From: Phoronis australis
Lineage: Eukaryota > Animalia > Phoronida
DNA: 64,000 bases
NCBI GenBank assembly: GCA_002633005.1
Contig: NMRA01000318.1
Location: 211,594 to 275,593 of the forward strand
Reading direction: 5' to 3'
The position numbers and the translations under genes were made by a program. Shown piece after piece: positions 53,811 to 64,000 of this stretch (within the stretch, counting starts at the first letter, position 1; each line of letters starts with the position of its first letter). The notes under the pieces were generated by a model. It saw only the letters and a list, made by a program, of their open reading frames with translations, did not search any database and had not been told where the DNA came from.

Positions 53811-55021
53811 CTGAAAGCACGACACAATAATACATTCAATTGGCCTCACAAAAAGATGTGACAATATTTCAATTGTTCTTGCCACCAATTCCAACATCTC
53901 GATTCAAAGCTCTTTAGCGGAGGTAGAAAAACACATGGGACAATTGATCTAGTTTTCAAAAGGTAGGACGGCTAACACTCTTCAGAGCATAAATAGGATA
54001 TTGCCTTTACACAACTTTTCAATTTTTTATGTCTCCACTGCAATTCATTATACAACACTAAGACTTTATTGGCATTAAAATGAGGAACGGCGAACCTTAA
54101 TGTACCACAGTGATGAATACAGTGGCGGAGTACAACTGAAGGGCAAGCGGTATATAGACAAGCAGCAATGCGGGTAAATACCACAGGCTCAGAGGGGTGC
54201 TCTGGTATATTCCAGGGCTATGCCAGGCAAAAACTGACTATAGTACAAATGATCCCATTTCCAGCCATTGTAGAAGCATGTGAACCGTTATGGATTTAAC
54301 TACCATAGAATCATGAATGCACACAATGGATAATGAAGTATCACCAACTGAAAGCATAGACACGTCACGAATGAGTCAGCGATTATATCTACCATGGTTC
54401 GTCGCTTACTTCGCACAAAAAATCGTCACATTTCTATTTTCAAAAGCTAATCACTTTGCAGCAAAAAATCATAAGAATTATTAACAGTTGTTTCACAACA
54501 GCAGCAGTAGTAACAGAAAAACATGTGTTAAAGATTTTTATTTTTGTTAAAAATGAAAAGGAATAAAATTTCACTTCTCTGGCAGGATGACATGCTAAAT
54601 AGGTAAAAAATACTGTAAAAACTCTTTTAAAAATGGCAATGCTGAATATCACAGATACCACTTTAACAGCTAGAAAACATTAGCGTTCTAAAGGAGTTGG
54701 TGTGTATCACCTGAAAAGTCAAACTAGACCTTGTAAGTTAAAACCAAAATTCATGAACAGTTTATGAATTGTTGTACAGTGAGTTAAAATTGGGGTGTGA
54801 TATTCCATTCAGCTTTTCTTGACTGGCTCTTTGAAAACTTGTGGGTAAGTCACACACAAATTCTTTAATCTACCTCCAAAATAGAGAGCTGGATTTTGGA
54901 CAGTACTGTAAGACCGACTGCATTTACTGTTTAACTAACACAAGAATACTTAGAATATTGATCATCAATATTTTCATCTTGTTCTGGCATCTGTAAGTTT
55001 CTCTTACGCATCCCAACTTAC

Positions 55022-55096
55022 GTGAGTTTATTATCCAGTTTCGCAGTGGTCTCATTGTCCTCTTTGATCCGATCCATTGTCTCTTTTTTCTTATCC
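55022..55096 (-). CDS. Coiled-coil protein, exon 8
   Basis: caattag / gtaagt, phase 2-2, 75 nt. DKKKETMDRIKEDNETTAKLDNKL(T). Confidence 0.82.
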
Positions 55097-55753
55097 CTAA
55101 TTGCCAAAACAAAACAACAATGAAGCGTACACATGACCAAACCAACATTAACATTGCACTTTCTACAAGAAGCTATCATATGGACTGCCAAAAGCTCATT
55201 GTCATAAGTGACATGGTAAATATTGTCAAAATCATTACTTCTGATTATGCAATCGCTTGGGATAAGTGAAACAAATTTGTAAAACTTCAAATATCTCGAC
55301 TGCAGCAACACTATCGCATCTATTAATCAAAGAGGAGGTATCATGAAAGAACGGAGGTCCCCTGGAGTGGCAACCAAGTCTCCCATAACCTATATCTTTA
55401 TTTCAGCAGACAACATGAAACTAATTATGTTTTCTGACCACTTGAGTCTGTCAAGTAGCGGTAATGGATGAACAGGATAGAATTGGCTGCAATTGTTAAC
55501 GTGTCATTGATTGTGGGACCAACCCAGGCTAATTTATACTGTTTAAGGTATTTAGCAGTAATTTTGTCATTTTATCAGGGATGGTTTTTAGTGAGAGAGC
55601 ACTAGACAGGGGATCATTGATTCGACTTCCTGGGAGAGAAAACTTTGAATGGGTAATAGAAAAAATATCATGCAAAAGATTTTAGAGAATTGTGGAAAAC
55701 TAGCAAGGAAAGGATGACAAATGTGAAACCCTGGACCATTTAAACTTACCTAC

Positions 55754-55762
55754 CTTTCCATT
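55754..55762 (-). CDS. Candidate 9-nt microexon of the coiled-coil gene (adds M-E-R)
   Basis: ctttcttctctgtctatttag|AATGGAAAG|gtaggtaagt. Phase 2-2, in frame between exon 7 and exon 8. Confidence 0.5.
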
Positions 55763-57967
55763 CTAAATAGACAGAGAAGAAAGTTTTAATAGCAGTTACA
55801 ACTGACTCATGTTTAATAACACACGAATATCCGCATGCATCAAAATATCTTAAATCGGCCAAAAAATTGGTATTGGGGGGAATAATTTTAATTATGAATA
55901 TTTTGAATACACAAAAACAACAGGTGGAATATGAAATCAATCAATGTAAGAACAGTAAATTTAAATACTGAATGCCTCAATTTGTAAATGACAACCGATT
56001 ACCCTCCACTTATCAAATGGCAATGATCAATTCAATGTGTCAGTCAACACATGAAACTGTGCTGACACCTTTTGACAAAAAAGACAAATACGAACAGCAT
56101 GGCCAAAGCTTGGTAGAAAGCAACCACTTAACACATTCTGTAAATTGTGTGAAGAACTGAATTATGGGATGCATGTCACCGTTGGTCAAATCATAACAAA
56201 GATAAAGAATGACACGTCAGCAAATAGCTAATCTATGTCTTCCAATCTCTGCCAGAATGCAGATGCATTTGTGGCTGGTTTCCCACACATGAATGAATCC
56301 AGGCAAGATGTCTAGTAGTATATAGTAGGTCAAAGTCCAGCATTGGATTTCAGGCCAAAGTGTTCACCAAATTCAGCCGCAGAATTTTAATGTTAAACTT
56401 GCAGTGTATATATTGGGGTCTGGCTAAAGGATCCGCTGTCTGACACAGACAATGAATTTTCCGAAATTAGGCCTAAGGTATTTCTGGATTTGCTCTTGTG
56501 TTGCAGAATGTGCTTAGAAAGCCTTCACTTGTTCATGAATTTCCGATCTTGCAGCATGCAGTGTTTTTGGTCTGAAGACAGGATTTGAATTTTGGTCCTA
56601 AGCTTTTACCAAACCAGGGACTTTCCCAAAAGACGGACTCATGGTAGGGATGGTAAAACAACAGAGGGTGGACATCGTCTAACCAGGTGGGTAGTGAGAA
56701 AGGCCGGTGAACGTGTAAGCGGTCCCAGCATAGCATTGGTCTGGATTTTGTTATTGTGTGGAAGAGAACCCGAGGGGTGTTTATTAGAGTCCGGTAGAGC
56801 TGTTTGCAAGCGTGACCACTGACTCAATCTCCACCATGTTTCTACACCAACACCACTTTAATTCACGCACATCACATTTTTGATGCCCATCATTTGTATT
56901 ACTTCAGGACACCAAGACCTCATACACACTATTTTCTTTGCAGCTGCTCCACAGTTCCAAGTACTGCAAACTGACCAAGGAAAATACGAACCAATAAAGA
57001 AGACACAATAACACTCAAACTAAGGTTGAAAAAGCATTGTCGGTTCTGGTCTGTGGTTGCTTTGAACACTGCATGACGAGGTAATGAAATATTTTCTTGT
57101 AGTTGTTCACTTTTTAGTATAATTTGTTAGAATGTCCTATATAAAACAAGTCTCTTTAAAGAAAACACTACGATAATTATTATAATTTTAAATCTACATT
57201 TCTTACTTTTTCAGAAATAAAAAAATCACTCAATATTGGTAATGGTGGTATGTTTTTTTTCTCAGCTCAAAACATCTTCAGCGATTCCACTGCCACTGCC
57301 AGGTAGTAGAGGATGGGATGTGACCTGGTTCATTTTAAACAGAGGTTAAGGTCTCATAGGAGGTGATTGTGGCCGACTTGACAAGACTCTTCATTTAAAA
57401 ACTATAGCTTGGATGCATGTGCCTTAATTGAAAAGAAATCAAGAACTTTGCCAAACTTGACGCTTGTGGGTTTTCTTTTTCCTTTTCCCTGATGCAGTGA
57501 AACAAAGGTTTCAAATTGTGTTTGGGTGCCGACCAGAACCAAATATGCTTTCTTGGCCTAATCAAGTCGATTTTACGGTGTTACTTTCGTCATTTAAGAA
57601 TGACATATTCCTTCCTCAAGAAAATGATGAGTTAAAATCCGTAAACCATTCAGAAAGCAAGTCAAACGAAAGCGAATTCACTTTAAGAAAAAAGAACTAT
57701 TAGATTTTTCAATTTGCTAACATTGCTTATACAGCGCAGTTCACAAATATTGTGCTGAGCGGGCAATGACAGACGTCAATAGGATGGCTCTGGATGGTTG
57801 ATGTTTAAACTAAATCTGCTTTGCTGGGCTGTTAGCTACCTCTTACCATCCTTAAGACGTCTGGACGCCACCTCAACAAAATGTTCGAGAGTTGTAAAAT
57901 GTAAAGAAGAAAGGCAAAGTGTAAGAAAGAAAAACCCATGCCAGTCATGTTCAATAACGTGACTTAC

Positions 57968-58065
57968 CTCTTAAATTCAAATTTTTCAACCCGGCCTTTT
58001 TGAGCCTCCATATTTAAAGAAATAGCCATTTCAGCCAACTCTTGTTTCAACTTAAACTGTTCTTG
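57968..58065 (-). CDS. Coiled-coil protein, exon 7B (mutually exclusive with 7A)
   Basis: cttgcag / gtaagt, 98 nt, phase 0-2. QEQFKLKQELAEMAISLNMEAQKGRVEKFEFK(R). Confidence 0.85.
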
Positions 58066-59021
58066 CTGCAAGTGGCAAAACTAAGAAATTAGATCACTAG
58101 AAAATGTACCGTCTAACTGACAAACAATTACCAGGCAACTGTTCAGAATCAACATCCCAGTTCAAGCAACAATACTTCTCAGTTAAAATTAAACAAAGAA
58201 ATATTGGCAATTTTTTAGAAGTACCATATGCACTTGGCATTCTATTACAAAACTCCTTGGTTTTGATGATTTCTGTTCTACTAAGCAAGAACTTAAGATA
58301 AGAGTCTTTGATTAAGTGTTCAATTTATGCGGATGAGTACATATAACATACTTGCACTCGACGACCCGCAAAGCAAACTACAAACTTGAGTTGAGATCAT
58401 AAGATACCTTCATTACCAAGGATTAAACTTCTTTTGCAAGTGTTGACAGAAGTCTAATAAAACTTCCAAAAATGATTTTGTACACCAAACTGTTTTTGTA
58501 TTCTATTAGCTACAAAAGCATGTATGGGATTTTCTTTTAAGGCCTAGCATGAGAACTCGACTGTCAAAAATCATGCTTTTCTGGAAAAAAGCACCGCACA
58601 TTCCATTTAAAAATCATGGTTGAGGAAATTACGGCAAGCTGCATAAAAATCAAAAGAGTATTTAGTAAAAACACATGCAGTCACATGATTACAAACATCT
58701 GGTAACTATTCTTGTACACATAATAAGATTTATTTGTGATTATCAGCAATTTTAAAGATTTATGGTTTTATGTGCCTACTATTAATACTTAAAAATTATG
58801 AAGAAAATTTGGCTCTTGGTAACAAACAAATCCTACTATCTTAAATGTTGAAGTCAACAAATGAAAAGTTGTAAACCATCATATAAGAACACAAAATCAA
58901 AAAAACGTATTTTAAGTTCATTCTTAAGTAGAAGAAATTAAATTGCAATTAGGCTTTGCATGTTGCCAAACAAGGATGTCAACTGAACAGTTATCTGTCA
59001 TAACAATTCACTCTGTCTTAC

Positions 59022-59119
59022 GTAAGAGATTCCAGTTTTAACACGCGCCCTTTCTGTGCTTCCATGTTGAGACTGATTGCCATTTCTGCAAGATCTTGTT
59101 TGAGTTTGAACTGTTCAGC
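59022..59119 (-). CDS. Coiled-coil protein, exon 7A (mutually exclusive with 7B)
   Basis: ttttcactgtag / gtaaga, 98 nt, phase 0-2. AEQFKLKQDLAEMAISLNMEAQKGRVLKLESL(T). Confidence 0.85.
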
Positions 59120-59161
59120 CTACAGTGAAAAGTGTTTCATCATGCGACATGCAAATACACG

Positions 59162-59312
59162 CAGAGGCGGATCCAGGATTTTTATAAAGGGGGTTCAAGA
59201 GTTTTTTAAAAAGGGATCCAAGGGAACAATTTGAAAATTCTAGATTTGATATCACTAAAATCAAGGGGAAAAGAGGGGTATGGACCCCTTGACCCCCCTG
59301 GATCTGCCAATG
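59162..59312. mobile_element. hAT5-like MITE, same terminal family as 26845-27083
   Basis: cagaggcggatccagg ... cctggatctgccaatg, with flanks acacg / gcacg. Confidence 0.8.
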
Positions 59313-60430
59313 GCACGTGACTGTATGCATTAAACATCATGGCAGAATATCTAATGAGTACAAAGTATATGAATTTTTGTTTGAGTTGAATGTTTATATT
59401 TGCAAAGTATTGATCAATGATTACATCCAAAATTGTCAAGTTTTTAGGAAGTTGTGTCAATTGAAACAATGTTAAATCAGATCAAAAGGTACTCCATTGT
59501 CAAGTGACCATTCTTCACCTATTCAGCACACAATATACTGGCATTTCATTTTGTCAAATTGCTCAACAAAATAAACATTAAGAAATTTCACACTTGTTAT
59601 TAGAAGCATTATCTGTACAGAACAACTGTTGCTAACATCATCTGGTGAAAATTTTGAGTTCATATACCAAGGAAATCAGCCACTGAAAAATGATTATTAC
59701 ATTATTAATAGTGTTTTAACCAAAAACTTAAGAATTACCATGATAACATAGTTTCAACAAAACTGTAAAAATGATTGATTAACATTAAGATTGGGATAAT
59801 GCCTAAAGATTAAAATCTTGAATATGCACAGGTGGTTTTTCCAAGGCAGAATTGCCAACTCGAATCAAATAGTATGTCGTGTTTTCGCGGTACGGTCTCC
59901 AAATTCCCGCATGAAATTATGAGCATCCAATGCAATACTATTTCTCTTTACATAGAATGTATATCAGAAAAAGCTAAGGCTATTCAACCACAGCTAAACA
60001 GTATTAAACATGGCTCAGAACTTTTCACTGTTACCAAATTTGAATAAATGTACACAGAACACAGATATACAATCACCGGTAAAACCTCACCAACTTCCAA
60101 AACAAGAAATACTACAATCCCTCCTTCTTCATTTTTCAGTAGTTTGTAACATTGCATTGAGTACAGATAAAAGTGTTCGTCGTTGTCTCCTTTGATGATG
60201 GTAAAAACATAATTAATTTTTCTCATTACCGATTGCAGTGAGTGCCTGCAATGTTTCAAAGCAAAATCTTCATCGTAGCTATGGTACGAATCATGGGCAT
60301 GGTAAAGTAATTTTTTAGTTTATTTATCAATTGTGAATAGATGACATAATTAACATTTCACTTGTCCGCCATATTGCAATCTAAATTGGTGAGCTTTTAT
60401 CGCGTTCAAAATTTCCTTTCATTCACGTAC

Positions 60431-60539
60431 CTCCTTCTGCCTCATTTTCATTTCAAAATCTTCGGAGAGACGCATGATCTCAATGCGTTTCAAGTCAATC
60501 AAACTCTGCTTGCTCCTGTACTGACGTGCAAGATCGGAC
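60431..60539 (-). CDS. Coiled-coil protein, exon 6
   Basis: tttcgtcag / gtacgt, phase 2-0, 109 nt. SDLARQYRSKQSLIDLKRIEIMRLSEDFEMKMRQKE. Confidence 0.87.
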
Positions 60540-60914
60540 CTGACGAAATGTTGCAAACAATTACGTTCAGATGTTAGATCAACTCACAAAGAGCACAAAG
60601 AACCCATCTTAATTATACAATTTGCACGACTTTCCTACAGGAAATGACTTGCAAATAAAAAGTACAGCTGGCTTTTGGAGAAACAGATGCAGACTCGCTT
60701 GCAGTGTCAGCTGATTCACATACAAGATAAGTTAATAAGTTGAATATGCCATTCATATCAAAAAGATTTTCTATCAAAAAGTAGACTAAATCAAATGAAC
60801 TATATTTTTGAGTCATACATTTTGAGTTTGATTCTATAAGAGACACTGCTATATTACTGGTTCTCGTGGATCCAAGAACACAGAGTAGAAGGTGATACAG
60901 TAAATTTAACTTAC

Positions 60915-60994
60915 TTGACTAGCTCAACTTTTCTGCCTTTGTCTTTCCTCTGTTGCTCAAAGGTAATGTTTTGGTCCGTTCTAAGTTTTGAGCG
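60915..60994 (-). CDS. Coiled-coil protein, exon 5
   Basis: catttcag / gtaagt, phase 0-2, 80 nt. RSKLRTDQNITFEQQRKDKGRKVELV(K). Confidence 0.85.
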
Positions 60995-61661
60995 CTGAAA
61001 TGAGCAAGAATGTTAACAAGTAATTAAATGACAATTAATGTGTTCTTTGTGCACCTGGATTCACATTACCACTCTTCACCTTAGCCCATAGGAGAATAAT
61101 AAAAATTAATGTACAATGTCTACACTGGCAGATCTAGAATGTTGCAACGGAGGGTTCAAACAACCGCATGCTGCTGAGTTTGCAAAAAAACTATGACTGT
61201 GACTGTAGGAGGCCAAGCTTCCAGTGGATCCTAAATCCATACAGTATAAGGAGAGGACTAGTGATTTTACATTAGAGAAATTGTTAAAACAAAACTGCCC
61301 TACAAAATTTGCTCTGACTTCACCCTAGTCATTACAAGTTTCAACTGCCAGTGCCACTAGAATTTCCCGGAAGACAACATGTTCTGCCAGTGCCTTGCAC
61401 CTTCCTCGGTTGCTGCAATTTTCCTACCCCTATTTACTGATGCTAACTTTATATTCAATAAGGTCAGAAATATTTACTTTCCATGCTCTTCACATCATTT
61501 CCTGTAATATCTTCAACAAGTTTAACTATACCACTGCTTGACCATCGTTTTTCAAACTATGGCTAGAACTGTCTATGCACTGCACGCAAGCGGGAAAATA
61601 GCCAGGATTTTAAGCTTTTCCAGTTCAGACACTGACGTAGCGCGTGACCAAAGAAACAAAC

Positions 61662-61759
61662 CTCTTCCTTTTTGTGGACAAAGTCCCTTTGAAGTTTTGT
61701 GTAACGCTCCATGCCTTGGTTGAAATGTTTTTCTTCCTGCACCCTTTTCTTTTGCACAG
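61662..61759 (-). CDS. Coiled-coil protein, exon 4
   Basis: tactgcag / gtttgt, phase 1-0, 98 nt. (S)VQKKRVQEEKHFNQGMERYTKLQRDFVHKKEE. Confidence 0.85.
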
Positions 61760-61913
61760 CTGCAGTAAACAGAAAGTGTGTTAAAAGTTAAAGCATAGCA
61801 AAATTCTAAAATGTTGTACTGAATCCTGATTTTAGGAAAAAACGATAGTTCATGGTCCCAAACTGAAGAGTTTTAATCATATGATCAACTTCAAGTTAAT
61901 CTAATTTACTTAC

Positions 61914-62022
61914 AATTTTCATAGTCTCTGAGAGTTTTGCGCACTTGACGCTGATTTTTGATGACATCGCCTTCAACTCTCTTCAACTCCCGCTCTTCTT
62001 GTTTGTGTTGCCACATGTGGTC
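61914..62022 (-). CDS. Coiled-coil protein, exon 3
   Basis: ctgttgtag / gtaagt, phase 0-1, 109 nt. DHMWQHKQEERELKRVEGDVIKNQRQVRKTLRDYEN. Confidence 0.87.
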
Positions 62023-62707
62023 CTACAACAGAAAGTTAACGACTCCATAAATTTCTAAATATATTACACAGACCATTATTAGGATTTTAGTAAGAAGGTG
62101 AAATGAAATTTACCAGAAGCCTGAACTGAGATTTAAAAGATGAACAACACTGTTACTGAATTTCATGTGATGTATTCACAAACATAGATACCGACATTTT
62201 AAGTCCTACACATTGCTAATGCAGATCAAGCTAAAATCAGAAACTTCAAATCAGAATAAGTCAAGTTACCAGCAACTCCTCCACACACCATGGTTTTATC
62301 ATTGCTAACTCGCCTTAAAAACAAAACAAATACTTCCTATCCAAACTCAATTCAAATCAATGTTTTCAAATGTGGCGCTGCATGTAAGGTTTCAAGTGAA
62401 CATGACAAAATTTTTGTAATATCACAGTTGTCTAGATTAACACCAGGCATAATGCCTACCTCTCATTTACATGATGGAGATTTGCTTGAAAGCACCTGCA
62501 AGCCCTGCCATGCCAATTTTTGTTACCTTTGAGTAATGCAGAGTCAGAATATTAGCGACATTTTAATTGACTCATTCAGGCATAGAAATACCCGTGTTCT
62601 CCCACAATGTTTCATTTGACTCCCCCATGTGATGCATTTGGTGTAAATGTAGTCTCTGGATGTTTACCCAAATTGAATGTTTGCCTAAACAATGATAGGA
62701 AACAAAC

Positions 62708-62894
62708 CTCGATAACTTTAAGTCTTCTCTCGTAGTCCTTTTTGTCTTGTTGGATACGTGCCGCCAAATCAACGGTGGACTGGACTCTGGGACTTTCGCC
62801 TGTCTTCGGCTTGTCTGTCCGGTCGATTGTGAAGGCATGTGTGTATCTCCCAGAATCCAGGAATCCATCAGGACCACACTTTCTTTCTTGTTCT
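62708..62894 (-). CDS. Coiled-coil protein, exon 2
   Basis: tttcacag / gtttgt, phase 2-0, 187 nt. EQERKCGPDGFLDSGRYTHAFTIDRTDKPKTGESPRVQSTVDLAARIQQDKKDYERRLKVIE (a different frame from the ORF-track entry). Confidence 0.85.
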
Positions 62895-63694
62895 CTGTGA
62901 AATTGAAATTCACATTTTTATAAAAAATGCACCATAAGTTTTAGGCCTAGGTTTCTTTTGAGTATGGCCCAGATCAAATGCCCTTAACACTTAATACTAT
63001 CCATTTGTCACCTAAAATCACAGACTTTTAGCACACATTCTTAGTGAATATTATTTTATACTTGAAAGCATACTATGCAGCAATATCTATAATGGGAAGC
63101 GTTGTTAATTACAGAACACCCTAGTATAAATAATCAGTGTTCCACAACCTGGTTTGACTCGTCAAAGTAAAAGCATTGAGATCATCCCAGATGAGTTCGG
63201 TTTAATAGCTTGGCTTGAGTTAGAGCAACGAGATTGAGGTTTTGTGATATAAGTCCCTGCCTAAGAAAAATTAAGACGTTTTGGACTTTTGACTTCAGTA
63301 TAATACACTGATTCTAAGACTTTACATATGCCGGGTAAACCTTCCTTAGCATGGACATGGACTTTGGACACTCACTTTTGACTATGTACAAGAAATTGGT
63401 AATTCCTGCCGTGTTTGAAAATTTAATGGAAAACACTGATAATAGCCAAGGCCAGCACTAATTATAACAATTTCTAACCCTGGAACTATCTGGAACTTTT
63501 TTAACTTTCAAAAACGCTGCTTTTTCATTGACTCTAAATAAAGCAGGCTAGGACTCAGTGTTTAGAAACAGTGTTCCTAGTAACATCTTGAACTATACCG
63601 GCTAATTCAGGCACAAACTTTAAGTATACCCAGAAATCCAATGACATTTGAAACATATCAAGTTTTAACTTAACAATAGGCAAGACTTGCTCAC

Positions 63695-63843
63695 TTCAAA
63701 AATGTGGCATATTCGCGGCTTGCATTAGTCTTCTCTTCTTCATTATCAGAGGGGTTCTCCAGAGTACTTCCTGGTCGGCGAATCACAGCATAGCGACTTT
63801 TCGTAAGGTTGGGCCGGGCAAACGGAAGATCAGTGAGCACCAT
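63695..63843 (-). CDS. Coiled-coil protein, first visible coding exon (uncharacterised charged alpha-helical protein, about 558 aa)
   Basis: Acceptor tctttctccag at 63850, AAAATGG start context, MVLTDLPFARPNLTKSRYAVIRRPGSTLENPSDNEEEKTNASREYATFL(K), donor gtgagc in phase 2. All 14 exons join in frame (1677 nt). An upstream (UTR or coding) exon must lie outside the window. Confidence 0.8.
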
Positions 63844-64000
63844 TTTGTACTGGAGAAAGAAAATTACGATGTAAAGCAAAATGTAAGTTTACTACAAAGG
63901 TAATATGTTTCAAGCAACACTGCAGATTACAATTAACAATTAATTTTGAAAATTTCTTCTGGGGCCGAAAAACATGAGCAAAGGATATAGCACATGTGAA

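Noticed and set aside
56400-56990. GC-richer intronic block with overlapping short ORFs between exon 7B and the microexon
   Set aside because: Candidate acceptors lead quickly to stops, and the peptides do not resemble the host protein or a known domain.
62572-62913. 113-aa ORF-track translation as the real exon product
   Set aside because: Splice phases of the neighbouring exons require a different frame (EQERKCG...RRLKVIE).

Overview
AT-rich eukaryotic genomic DNA, most likely from a bilaterian invertebrate (spliceosomal introns, tRNA-derived SINEs, many MITEs, a BMP3-type ligand). There is no prokaryotic, phage or CRISPR content. Two minus-strand genes can be assembled by hand with consistent splice phases. 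(1) A 3-exon BMP3/GDF10-family TGF-beta ligand (CDS 25672-25396, 12830-11845, 10798-10607; 484 aa) with a 12.6 kb first intron. (2) A 14-coding-exon, about 558 aa charged coiled-coil protein that I cannot name (ATG 63843, stop 39809). The most interesting signal is the splicing architecture of the second gene. It has a duplicated pair of 98-nt, frame-incompatible (mutually exclusive) exons flanked by Rbfox-type (T)GCATG motifs, a candidate 9-nt microexon with a tandem 'poison' donor, an 86-bp tandem duplication that copies a splice donor and creates a possible 18-nt exon, and a 21-bp minisatellite fused to a donor site. The rest is intergenic or intronic DNA with degenerate DNA-transposon ORFs, MITEs, SINE pieces and microsatellites, and a sharp CpG-content boundary near 37 kb. 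Most six-frame ORFs in the supplied track are spurious. All gene models were read by eye and no searches were run.
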